A stretch of DNA of 64,000 nt, taken from an uncultured Gammaproteobacteria bacterium (GTDB taxonomy: Bacteria > Pseudomonadota > Gammaproteobacteria > GCA-002705445 > GCA-002716945). Below are positions 22,282 through 31,679 of this stretch, piece by piece. The position numbers and the translations under genes are program-made. Below the pieces are notes generated by a model. The model was not told the origin of the DNA. It saw only the letters and a list, made by a program, of their open reading frames with translations, and made no database searches. The stretch's first letter is position 1, and each line of letters starts with the position of its first letter. Location: NCBI GenBank assembly GCA_902521725.1, contig CABYTF010000004.1, positions 19,049 to 83,048 on the forward strand, given 5' to 3'.

Positions 22282-22354
22282 AGCGGGAAACGGGGCTCAA
22301 ACCCGCGACCTCAACCTTGGCAAGGTTGCGCTCTATCAACTGAGCTATTCCCGC
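22282..22354 (-). tRNA. glyW: tRNA-Gly (anticodon GCC)
   Basis: GCGGGAAUAGCUCAGUUGAUAGAGCG...anticodon loop UUGCCAA. Confidence 0.85.
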
Positions 22355-22362
22355 AATCAAAA

Positions 22363-22920
22363 CTATCCCAGTATATCATCCCAAGCGTTTCTTACATAAT
22401 AAATGAATGATAAAACAGTGAGAATGGCGGCAATGAGTAATAGCAATATACCGAAAATATGCAAATTCATATATGCAAAGTCTATATTGGAGTGGAGCAA
22501 AAATACTAACGCCGACATTTGAAACCCTGTCTTGATTTTTCCAAGGTTATTAACTTTGAGAGATACGTTAGCTTTCAGTTCAGCCAATCTCTGCCTAATT
22601 GCAATCACAAGAAACTCTCTAGAAATGATAATTAAAGATGACAATATGAAAATTATTGAATCAAGTGATCTAGCAAGTAAGAAAATTGTTATAACAACTA
22701 AAAGTTTGTCGGCTATAGGATCAAGAAATGCTCCAAATGCCGTGGTTTGATTATAGTTTCTTGCAACATAACCATCAAAATAATCAGTTATTAGTGCTAT
22801 CAAAAAAATATAAGCTGAGATGTCTCTGTATTTTCCATCGCTCATTACAAAGAAAAGTACGATTAGAGGAATAAAGGCTATTCTTGAAATAGTAAGCATC
22901 GTAGCAAAGTTTAACTTCAT
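22363..22920 (-). CDS. pgsA: CDP-diacylglycerol--glycerol-3-phosphate 3-phosphatidyltransferase
   Basis: CDP-alcohol phosphatidyltransferase DYFDGYVAR motif. It occupies the conserved position uvrC-pgsA-glyW-cysT-leuZ. Confidence 0.88.
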   Translation of the reverse strand: MKLNFATMLTISRIAFIPLIVLFFVMSDGKYRDISAYIFLIALITDYFDGYVARNYNQTTAFGAFLDPIADKLLVVITIFLLARSLDSIIFILSSLIIISREFLVIAIRQRLAELKANVSLKVNNLGKIKTGFQMSALVFLLHSNIDFAYMNLHIFGILLLLIAAILTVLSFIYYVRNAWDDILG

Positions 22921-24695
22921 TTGTGAATACTCGTATATATATTGGTTGCTAACTTCTCGCTTATCCCGCTAACTTGTTTTAAATCCCTTATCGATGCTTT
23001 TAAAACTCCTTGTATCCCTCCAAAATGATTGATAATTATTTTTTTTCTCTCATCACCTATACCTGGTATTCCATCAAGTTTCGAATTAAACATAAGTTTG
23101 TTATGTCTTTTTCGCTGATTTAGTATCGCAAATCGATGAGCTTCATCTCTTATAGATTGTATTAACGTGAGTGCATCTTGATTAATATTATTAGTGATAT
23201 CTTTATTCATATTATTAAGTATTTTGTCATTTTTACTCAAACGATTAAGACCTTTATGGATGCCTAAAATGAAAATATTTTTACACTTAAGTGCATCAAC
23301 TACTTTCTTCGCTTGTGTTATCTGCCCCTTGCCTCCATCAACAATAATTAATACTTGAGATGATTCAAAATTATGAATTTTCAATAATCTACGTTTGATA
23401 ATTTCTTTCAAAGCAGCGTAATCGTCTGATTTTTTTGTATTTACAATATTATATTTTCTATAGTTCTTTTTATCGAAACCGCATTCATCATAATAAATTG
23501 CAGATCCAACAGCGGAGCTCCCACTTATATGACTCACATCAAAGCATAATATAATATTTACATCTATTTTAAGTTGAGTATTCAAGTTTTGAAGAAGGTT
23601 CCGATCTTTTTTGATTGTTTTTAGAGATCTATTAAATAAATTGGTATGACATAAATTCATAAATTCAGAGTACTTCTTGTCTACCCTGTTCAAAATTTTC
23701 GAATTTTGCTGATATTTTTTATTTATAACCGATTCAATATTATCTTTATCAAGAATCTTATCCTTAGAAATTATTAGATTTGGAGGAACGTGCGTTAGAT
23801 AATATTGCTTAAAAAAAGAAGTCAGGGTCTCATTAATATTCTCATGATGTGTTTTTGAAAATATATAATTTTTACAACCCATATTTACACCATTTCTTAT
23901 GATATTTATATCTACAAGTAGCTTTGAATCATTTTCATAACCTAAGATGAAATCTATGCTTTGATTTTCAGGAAAAATTGAATAATGACTCGTTATATCT
24001 CTAATAAGAGCAATATTATCGCGAAACTTTGCAGCAAGTTCATAATTTTTGTTTTCTGATGCATCTGCCATCTCCTCTTCCATTTTTCTAAACAATGAAG
24101 ATGTCTCGCCTTTAAGGAACATAATCGCACTCTCCACACTTTTTTTATACTCGAATTTATCTATGAGGCCCACACAGGGTCCGGAGCATCTTTTTATTTG
24201 ATATTGTAAGCATGGTTTCTTTCTTGATCTATAATAACTATCCTCACATAAACGTACTAAAAATGTTTTTTGTAATATAGCTAATATTTTACGTACATTA
24301 CTTACATGCGTGTAAGGACCAAAAAGTCGTTCATCCTTGTTAACTGTACCTCTATAAAATTTAAAGCCCGGATACTCATGATTTTTATTCATATAAATAT
24401 AAGGATATGACTTATCGTCGCGCAGAAGAATATTATATTTAGGTTTATACTCTTTTATCAAATTATTCTCGAGCAACAATGCGTCTTGCTCATTAGATGT
24501 TATCTGGTAGTCTATATCTCTAATTTTATGGATGAGTCTTTGATTCTTTAGCGACTGATTAGATTTGGTGAAGTAAGACGATACTCTCTTTTTTAGATTA
24601 CCCGCTTTACCAATGTAGAGTATATTTCTGCTATCATCAAGCATCTTGTAAACGCCGGGGGCGGTTGGGAGATTTTTTAAAAATTCTTTATCCAT
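22917..24695 (-). CDS. uvrC: Excinuclease ABC subunit C
   Basis: GIY-YIG N-terminus (GVYKMLD...ILYIGKA) and C-terminal HhH region, 592 aa. Confidence 0.93.
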   Translation of the reverse strand: MDKEFLKNLPTAPGVYKMLDDSRNILYIGKAGNLKKRVSSYFTKSNQSLKNQRLIHKIRDIDYQITSNEQDALLLENNLIKEYKPKYNILLRDDKSYPYIYMNKNHEYPGFKFYRGTVNKDERLFGPYTHVSNVRKILAILQKTFLVRLCEDSYYRSRKKPCLQYQIKRCSGPCVGLIDKFEYKKSVESAIMFLKGETSSLFRKMEEEMADASENKNYELAAKFRDNIALIRDITSHYSIFPENQSIDFILGYENDSKLLVDINIIRNGVNMGCKNYIFSKTHHENINETLTSFFKQYYLTHVPPNLIISKDKILDKDNIESVINKKYQQNSKILNRVDKKYSEFMNLCHTNLFNRSLKTIKKDRNLLQNLNTQLKIDVNIILCFDVSHISGSSAVGSAIYYDECGFDKKNYRKYNIVNTKKSDDYAALKEIIKRRLLKIHNFESSQVLIIVDGGKGQITQAKKVVDALKCKNIFILGIHKGLNRLSKNDKILNNMNKDITNNINQDALTLIQSIRDEAHRFAILNQRKRHNKLMFNSKLDGIPGIGDERKKIIINHFGGIQGVLKASIRDLKQVSGISEKLATNIYTSIHK

Positions 24696-25272
24696 TATTG
24701 CTTAACTTGATTGCCCTCAAGAATATTCTTTTTAACATAGTTTTATTTATTTTATGTGTATTTATATTTAATTTACTACAATGATATGAAGATATTAAAT
24801 GTATTTCCTTATTTAATTTTATTACATTACCGTGCTTAAATTTGTGAGTGTTTAATTTAATTCCATATAGCTTGATTATTTGTCTATATGCCACCTCGCC
24901 AAGAGTCACGATGACTTTTAGGTTTTGCAGCCTGGATAACTCCTCAAGGTTATGAGTTTGGCAATTATTTTTTTCACTAGCATAAGGTATATTCTTTTCT
25001 GGATAGCACCTTACTGCATTTGTTATAAAATAACTATCCATATCTAACTCTTTAATTATCTCCCTAATGAGTTCTCCGGAAAAATCAGCGGTGAACGGGG
25101 TTCCTGTTTTATTTGCACCATGAAGACCTGGTGCAAGACCGATTATGCATATTCTTGAGTTCAAACTACCTTTACCCCAGACAGGTTTACAGTGATAATT
25201 TGGATATTCGTTTTTAATTTCTTTAAGATGTTTGTGGATACGTTCGCACAGTGTGCATTCTGTCTCGTACAT
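24688..25272 (-). CDS. Uracil-DNA glycosylase superfamily protein (family 4/5-like)
   Basis: CxxC N-terminus and GLAPGLHGANKTGTPF, which resembles the UDGb GLAPA motif. It overlaps the uvrC start by 8 nt. Confidence 0.6.
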   Translation of the reverse strand: MYETECTLCERIHKHLKEIKNEYPNYHCKPVWGKGSLNSRICIIGLAPGLHGANKTGTPFTADFSGELIREIIKELDMDSYFITNAVRCYPEKNIPYASEKNNCQTHNLEELSRLQNLKVIVTLGEVAYRQIIKLYGIKLNTHKFKHGNVIKLNKEIHLISSYHCSKLNINTHKINKTMLKRIFLRAIKLSNNG

Positions 25273-26211
25273 TTAGAACCTCAACAAAATTGATCCCCAT
25301 GTGAATCCAGCACCAAAAGCCTCCATCATAATATGGTCACCTGATTTGAATGTATTCTTACTATTGGCATCATCAAACGCTAGAGGGATAGATGCAGCTG
25401 ATGTGTTTCCATGCTTGTTAACTGTAATAATAATTTTATCGTGTGATAGGTTAATTTTTTTTGCAATAGCCAAGATTATCCTCTCGTTAGCCTGATGTGG
25501 GACAAGCCAATCAAGTTGTCCCTGCTCAAGGTGATTTATTTCGAGAGTATGCTTCGCTAATTTACCAAGTGTGTTCACTGCAGTCTTAAAGACATCGCTA
25601 CCTTTCATTTCAATGTAATCTAAGTCTGTATTGACAGTTAGCAAATCTTTATAAGAACCATCAGAACCTATTGTACTTGATAAAACTCCAGGAGTATCAG
25701 AGCTGCTCACAATCATAGCTCCGGCTCCATCACCAAATAACACACATGTGTTTCTATCTGTCCAATCTAATAACGAGGTAATTTTTTCCGTGCCTACTAC
25801 TAATGCATATTTTATTTGTTCCGACTCAATATATTTCTTTGCAATATCTAAGGCATAAACAAAACCAGTACAGGCTGCATTTAAATCAACAGAAAATGCA
25901 TTTTTAATGTTAAGTCGATTTTGGAGGAGGACTGCAGTACTTGGGAATTTTCTCTCTGGTGTGCAAGTGGCTAAAAATATTGCACCTATCTCTTCCTTCT
26001 TTATTCCAGACTTATTGATTGCATCTACAGAAGCTTGGTAAGCCATATCTACGGATGTCTCATCTTGAGATGATACTCGCCTCTCTTTAATGCCAGTTCT
26101 TTCTGTTATCCATTCATCTGTAGTATCTACAATACTCTCAAGCTCTTTATTGGTTAAGATCTTTTCCGGAAGATAGCTGCCACTAGATACTATTTTTGCA
26201 AATTTACTCAT
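25273..26211 (-). CDS. fabH: 3-oxoacyl-ACP synthase III
   Basis: KAS III with AACTGF active-site Cys region, 312 aa. Confidence 0.9.
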   Translation of the reverse strand: MSKFAKIVSSGSYLPEKILTNKELESIVDTTDEWITERTGIKERRVSSQDETSVDMAYQASVDAINKSGIKKEEIGAIFLATCTPERKFPSTAVLLQNRLNIKNAFSVDLNAACTGFVYALDIAKKYIESEQIKYALVVGTEKITSLLDWTDRNTCVLFGDGAGAMIVSSSDTPGVLSSTIGSDGSYKDLLTVNTDLDYIEMKGSDVFKTAVNTLGKLAKHTLEINHLEQGQLDWLVPHQANERIILAIAKKINLSHDKIIITVNKHGNTSAASIPLAFDDANSKNTFKSGDHIMMEAFGAGFTWGSILLRF

Positions 26212-27211
26212 TTAGCTCCCTACTGGTATATTCTTTTATACTATTGATTAAATTATTTTTTGATTCATAGTAAGCGGTTTTAATTGCATTACAATATGCA
26301 AAACTATCTGCGCTACCATGACTCTTAACAACTATTCCATTTAGACCTAAAAAAGACGCTCCATTATATACTCTAGGGTCCATCTTCTCTTTAACTCCAT
26401 TTAAAACAGGGAAACTTACTAATGATGAAAACTTATTATACAAATTTTTTTTAAACTCTGACTTTATGAAATGTTTAATTACACCTGCAACACCCTCGAT
26501 ACTTTTTAGCGCAACGTTTCCTGTGAATCCATCCGTCACTATAACATCATAGTTTCCGCTGAACATTTCATCTCCCTCTACAAAACCAATATAATTTATA
26601 TTTGATTCATTCAGTAGATCCGCAGCTTCTTTAATTTCATCTTTTCCCTTAAACTCCTCAGATCCAATATTTAGTAATCCTACTCTTGGATTTTTTGATA
26701 ACTCTAAGCTCTCAACTACAGAAGCGCCCATTACTGCAAATTGAAAAAGATTTTGCGCGCTACACTCAATATTCGCGCCTAGATCTAGCATCTGCATAAA
26801 ATTTTTCTTTGTTGGTAAAGATGTACATATTGCAGGTCTATCAATTCCATTTATAGTTTTGAGAATTATTTTCGATATTGACATAAGTGCACCCGTATTT
26901 CCTGCACTGACGCATGCCTGAGCTTTCGCCTCTTTGACGCAGTTTACTGCTAGTCGTATTGATGATTTTTTCTTATTTCTTATTGCATGAATTAAGTCTT
27001 CATCCATCTTTATATATTCATCAGTGTGAACTATTTCTACACGATTTTTATTTTTAGAATCAATTTTATTTTCTATAAGTGACTCATCCCCAACTAAGAT
27101 TATTTTAAGATCTTCAATTAAATCAAGTGACTTGAACGCTCCAGTGAGAGCTGGGCTTGGCCCATTGTCTCCACTCATTATGTCCAATGCTATCGTAATA
27201 GATGTCGGCAT
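26204..27211 (-). CDS. plsX: Phosphate acyltransferase PlsX
   Basis: 335 aa between rpmF and fabH, with a PlsX-like pattern. Confidence 0.88.
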   Translation of the reverse strand: MPTSITIALDIMSGDNGPSPALTGAFKSLDLIEDLKIILVGDESLIENKIDSKNKNRVEIVHTDEYIKMDEDLIHAIRNKKKSSIRLAVNCVKEAKAQACVSAGNTGALMSISKIILKTINGIDRPAICTSLPTKKNFMQMLDLGANIECSAQNLFQFAVMGASVVESLELSKNPRVGLLNIGSEEFKGKDEIKEAADLLNESNINYIGFVEGDEMFSGNYDVIVTDGFTGNVALKSIEGVAGVIKHFIKSEFKKNLYNKFSSLVSFPVLNGVKEKMDPRVYNGASFLGLNGIVVKSHGSADSFAYCNAIKTAYYESKNNLINSIKEYTSRELNE

Positions 27212-27223
27212 TATACCAATTCT

Positions 27224-27433
27224 TTACTGTTCTTGATTTGCTTCTTCTTTTGGTTTTTTTACTTTTGGCGTAAATATTTCCTTGCCACGGTAAAATCCAT
27301 CTTTAGCAATATGATGCCTTAAGTGTTTTGAGCCAGTAGTTTTATCGGAAGAAACAGGAGAAGCCGACAAAGAGTCATGTGACCTTCTCATGTCCCGTCT
27401 TGATCTAGATTTTTTACTCTTTTGTACGGCCAT
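27224..27433 (-). CDS. rpmF: 50S ribosomal protein L32
   Basis: [20 protein letters not shown] matches the L32 N-terminus. Confidence 0.9.
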   Translation of the reverse strand: MAVQKSKKSRSRRDMRRSHDSLSASPVSSDKTTGSKHLRHHIAKDGFYRGKEIFTPKVKKPKEEANQEQ

Positions 27434-27526
27434 ATCTCTCTTCCTTCAATTTAGATAAGATATTCTAAGCAATAATATACACACAAGCAATTGTTAATGC
27501 TAAATTTAACAATTTAGTGCTATTTA

Positions 27527-28129
27527 TTGTATCATCACTACTTAGTTATGAAGGTCATTCTCGCATCTAGCTCTGTTTTTAGAAAGCAGCTTTTATCAAA
27601 GCTGCGAATACCCTTCAAATGTATCTCACCAAATATTGATGAATCAAGACAAAAGAACGAGAGTGTAACAAGCTATGTCAAACGGCTGTCAATTCAAAAG
27701 GCTTCTAAGGTAGCCGAATCACATTCTGGCTGCATAGTAATTGGATCAGACGAAGTCGCAGATCTAAATAACAAAATACTGGGCAAGCCTTTAACAAAAT
27801 CAAATGCAGCAAAGCAACTAAAAATGATATCAGGAAACAAGGTAGTGTTTCGAACAGGCCTTTGCGTTATGCATTCTGATACTAGAAGGTACTACTCATC
27901 AGTTAATAATTATACTATATATTTCAAGCATTTAGACAATAAATTGATTAAATCTTATCTTGATGCTGATGATGTGTTGAGGTGTGCGGCAAGCATTAGG
28001 ATAGAGGGAGCTGCTATTAACTTAGTGAAAAGCATGAACGGTAAAGATCCCTCATCTATTATGGGTCTACCACTGTTAAAAGTTATGGAATATTTAGAGA
28101 AATTCGGAGTGAATGTTCTATCAAAATAA
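27527..28129 (+). CDS. maf: Maf-like nucleoside triphosphate pyrophosphatase
   Basis: ILASSS...IGSDEV pattern, diverging from rpmF as yceF does in E. coli. The true start may be MKVIL at 27548. Confidence 0.75.
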   Translation: MYHHYLVMKVILASSSVFRKQLLSKLRIPFKCISPNIDESRQKNESVTSYVKRLSIQKASKVAESHSGCIVIGSDEVADLNNKILGKPLTKSNAAKQLKMISGNKVVFRTGLCVMHSDTRRYYSSVNNYTIYFKHLDNKLIKSYLDADDVLRCAASIRIEGAAINLVKSMNGKDPSSIMGLPLLKVMEYLEKFGVNVLSK

Positions 28130-29074
28130 CTATTCATATCTAAAATGATCATATCCTGAAACTTTTGGATTATACTGTTTGTTTTTGAGAAAATAACGGT
28201 ATTTTGTACTCTTTATGACTCCTATTTTAGTAATTTTAATCTTATATTTATCGGATATATGCTTGATTTTTTTGCAATATTTTTTATTTGCAGTGAAACA
28301 TAACTCATAGTCTTCACCTCCACCCAGTATGCACTGCTCCTTAAAGTCACCTTTTACATATATATCAAATTTTGGGTCAGTAGGAATAGAGTCAATATCT
28401 ACCTGGAATCCTTTTTTAGATGAAATAGCTATACTTTTCAGATCTTTTGCCAATCCGTCAGAAATATCAATACACGATGATGCAAATTCTGATAATTCCA
28501 GTCCAATAGATACTCTAGGGAGTGGCTTTACGAGGTACTTTCTAAAATGTTTATGCCCCTGCGTCCTTTTATCCAATATCAAAGCAGCCCTAGCGTTACC
28601 AATATTTCCAGTTACATATATATCATGACCGGTTTTTGCTCCCGAACGTGTAAGAATTTTATTTTTTTGAACTCCGATCAATGTTATTGATATGCTCATT
28701 GGACCTTTAGTTGTATCGCCACCTATGATTGAAACCTTGTGCTCATTCAAGAGTTTACGAGCACCATCATAGAACCTCCTTATCCATGGTTCAGATATTC
28801 TTGGAATGGTTATGGCGTATAAAGCATAAAGTGGTATGCACCCCATCGAAGAAATGTCACTCAAATTAGTTGCTAATGACTTATGGCCTATTTCTTCAGG
28901 AGTATAGTCTTTCGTAAAGTGTGGTCCTAGTAATGATGTATCAGAGGTAATTACATATTTTTTCTTACTATTAAACTTTACAATTGCACAATCATCGCCA
29001 ATACCTTCGATAATATTTCTATCAAAAGTTTTAATTTTTTTTAGATACCTTACAAAGTCAAGTTCACTTTTCAT
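28130..29074 (-). CDS. thiL: Thiamine-monophosphate kinase
   Basis: GDDCAIV motif, in the conserved ribH-nusB-thiL order. Confidence 0.85.
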   Translation of the reverse strand: MKSELDFVRYLKKIKTFDRNIIEGIGDDCAIVKFNSKKKYVITSDTSLLGPHFTKDYTPEEIGHKSLATNLSDISSMGCIPLYALYAITIPRISEPWIRRFYDGARKLLNEHKVSIIGGDTTKGPMSISITLIGVQKNKILTRSGAKTGHDIYVTGNIGNARAALILDKRTQGHKHFRKYLVKPLPRVSIGLELSEFASSCIDISDGLAKDLKSIAISSKKGFQVDIDSIPTDPKFDIYVKGDFKEQCILGGGEDYELCFTANKKYCKKIKHISDKYKIKITKIGVIKSTKYRYFLKNKQYNPKVSGYDHFRYE

Positions 29075-29080
29075 ATATAA

Positions 29081-29476
29081 TTAGAGCGTATTATCTAAAA
29101 CTCTATTGAGAAACGTATACATTTTTGGAGAGGAATACTTCTTTGCGATATTTATATATTCGTTAATTACTATGTTTTTTGATTGATTAATAAAAAGAAA
29201 TTCACAAACACTTAGATGTATAATACATTCATCAAGGAGAGGTATATTCTTAAGGGAGACTCCAGCCTTCTTATCTAGCAAAGAGATTATCCTATTTTTA
29301 TTCTCGACATACTCGCTTAATATTCTCTCAAAAAGACTTTCATCATACTCCCTCTTCTCGATAAAATCGCTCATTATCGTCTCTAATTTTTCATCTTGCA
29401 TTTTCATTTGGTATAAAATTTTTATTGCTGACTCACGTGCAATAAGCTGTGGTTTGTATTTTTTTTCAGACATCAA
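29081..29476 (-). CDS. nusB: Transcription antitermination factor NusB
   Basis: 131 aa, following ribH. Confidence 0.85.
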   Translation of the reverse strand: MMSEKKYKPQLIARESAIKILYQMKMQDEKLETIMSDFIEKREYDESLFERILSEYVENKNRIISLLDKKAGVSLKNIPLLDECIIHLSVCEFLFINQSKNIVINEYINIAKKYSSPKMYTFLNRVLDNTL

Positions 29477-30008
29477 ACTTATTAATGAAATTCATTATTT
29501 CCAAAGAAGCATTTGCAAATTCTGAGCCTTTATCCATTTTTTTACCAGCTCTATCAATAGCTTGTTGTTCGTTTTCTACAGTTAGGATTCCATTTAATAT
29601 AGGAGTATCATTTTCAAATGAGACGTTTCTAATTGCATTAGTTACAGTCGATGATAGAAATTCATAATGTAGAGTTTCACCTTTGACAATACAGCCAACA
29701 ACGAGACAAAGCTTTGGACTATACTTTCTTATTATCTTTGAGGTAAGTAATGGAAGTTCAAATGCGCCTCCAGGAACTTTTAATGTTCCCACGGTTCCTT
29801 CAAATCTATTATTTTTTAAACAATTCAAATATCCATATAATAAGCTTTGATTGATAGTGATGTTATAGTCTGAGTAAAGAATCAATATGTCATAATCATG
29901 TTTAGATAATTCATTTTTAGTAATGTTAAAATCAATAAGTTCAAAAGACTGATTTACATCATTCAACTCAATAAGATCTTTTTGATTCTGCTTATTCAAA
30001 ACTATCAT
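29466..30008 (-). CDS. ribH: 6,7-dimethyl-8-ribityllumazine synthase
   Basis: VPGGAFELP and HYE motifs. Slightly long N-terminus; the true start may be downstream. Confidence 0.8.
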   Translation of the reverse strand: MIVLNKQNQKDLIELNDVNQSFELIDFNITKNELSKHDYDILILYSDYNITINQSLLYGYLNCLKNNRFEGTVGTLKVPGGAFELPLLTSKIIRKYSPKLCLVVGCIVKGETLHYEFLSSTVTNAIRNVSFENDTPILNGILTVENEQQAIDRAGKKMDKGSEFANASLEIMNFINKFDV

Positions 30009-30009
30009 A

Positions 30010-31098
30010 TCATTTAGTTACATGTTTAACGACTTCTAATCCAAAAGCATTGATGCCGTGATATTTTTTTGGTGCACTCATAAGATTCATTTTTCTAACT
30101 CCAATATCATTTAAGATTTGAGCTCCAATCCCAACTGTTCTATAGTCTTCATAGACTCCCTTATTAGATTTTTTTTGCTGAATAAGTTCTATATTTGATG
30201 TATCAGACTCAGTCATTGTATTCGTGATATATATAAGCGCGCCTTGCTTCGCTCTACTTATTTTTCTCAATGCATCATCAATGGGCCAGCTACTAGGTGA
30301 TAAAAGACCAATTGCATCTGTAAGTGTATTTTGAACATGCACACGTGTTAGAGTAGTTTTTTCTGGTGAAATTTTATTCTTTACAAGAGCAAAATGAATT
30401 GCTGAGGTCAAAATGTCCTTATAGAATACTGACGTGAATACGCCATATTTTGTTTTAATGATCTGTTGGCTGATTCTTTGTACAGTTTTCTCATTCGATA
30501 CCCGATACTTAATTAGCTCTTCAATTGTTCCAATTTTTAAATTATGTTTCTTTGAAAATGCTATTAAATCTTTTTTTCTCGCCATACTGCCGTCTTCATT
30601 GAGAATCTCAACGATTACAGAAGATGGTTCTAGACCAGCTAATTTAGCAAGATCACATCCGGCTTCTGTGTGTCCAGCTCTGGTAAGGACACCACCATTT
30701 TTAGCCATTATTGGAAAGATATGACCTGGCTGAGCAAAGTCTTTTGATTTAGCACTTTTTTTTACAGCTGCTTTAATAGTTCTAGCTCTATCAGATGCGG
30801 ATATACCTGTCGTAACACCTTTTATTGCATCAATAGAAACTGTGAAATTAGTTTCTTTTGATGATTCGCTCCCACTTTGTTTCAAAAGAGGTAAATCAAG
30901 ATCCTTGCACTTTGACTCGGTTAAAGTCAAGCATATAAGCCCACGACCTTTGGATGCCATAAAATTAATATCTGATGCCTTTATAAACTGAGATGCCATT
31001 ACAAGATCACCCTCATTCTCTCTATTCTCATCATCCATAATGATGACCATCTCACCTTTTCTGATAGAACTAATAATTTCATCTATAGTGTTAATCAT
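30010..31098 (-). CDS. ribBA: Bifunctional DHBP synthase / GTP cyclohydrolase II
   Basis: The N-terminus carries a DHBP synthase motif (MDDENRENEGDL). The C-terminal domain is GTP cyclohydrolase II-like. Confidence 0.88.
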   Translation of the reverse strand: MINTIDEIISSIRKGEMVIIMDDENRENEGDLVMASQFIKASDINFMASKGRGLICLTLTESKCKDLDLPLLKQSGSESSKETNFTVSIDAIKGVTTGISASDRARTIKAAVKKSAKSKDFAQPGHIFPIMAKNGGVLTRAGHTEAGCDLAKLAGLEPSSVIVEILNEDGSMARKKDLIAFSKKHNLKIGTIEELIKYRVSNEKTVQRISQQIIKTKYGVFTSVFYKDILTSAIHFALVKNKISPEKTTLTRVHVQNTLTDAIGLLSPSSWPIDDALRKISRAKQGALIYITNTMTESDTSNIELIQQKKSNKGVYEDYRTVGIGAQILNDIGVRKMNLMSAPKKYHGINAFGLEVVKHVTK

Positions 31099-31679
31099 TT
31101 TTTGCTGCCTAATTTCTCAATGTATTTTGCGAGGATATCAATTTCAGTATTTAATATGCTACCTGTTTTATAATTTTTGAATATAGTATTACTAAAAGTA
31201 TGGGGAATGATCATAACACTAAACTCATCAGTATATACTTCGTTTATTGTCAAGCTTACTCCATCTATGGTAATTGAACCTTTCTGAATTATATACCTCA
31301 TATAGGAAGAGTCTATTTTAATTTTAACGTACCAAGAATTATCTATTTTTTTTAGCTCTGTTATCTCAGAACAAGTATCGACGTGACCTTGGACAATATG
31401 TCCACTTAATAGTTTGTTTATAGTTAGAGATTTTTCTATGTTTACATCATCATCTTTCTTGATGTTTTTAAAGTTTGATAGTTTATAAGTCTCTGGTGAA
31501 ATACTGAAAGAGTACACATTGTCATCAATATCTTCGACAGTAAGGCATACTCCATTAATGCAAATACTCTCACCAATTGCTGAATTGAAATCATCTATTC
31601 TTATCCCAATTATTTGAGAAAGATCTTTTTCTAATACATGAGAAACTTTACCAATTTTTTCTATTATTCCAGTGAACAT
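31095..31679 (-). CDS. ribE: Riboflavin synthase
   Basis: MFTGII...CLTV duplicated lumazine-binding repeats. Confidence 0.88.
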   Translation of the reverse strand: MFTGIIEKIGKVSHVLEKDLSQIIGIRIDDFNSAIGESICINGVCLTVEDIDDNVYSFSISPETYKLSNFKNIKKDDDVNIEKSLTINKLLSGHIVQGHVDTCSEITELKKIDNSWYVKIKIDSSYMRYIIQKGSITIDGVSLTINEVYTDEFSVMIIPHTFSNTIFKNYKTGSILNTEIDILAKYIEKLGSKK

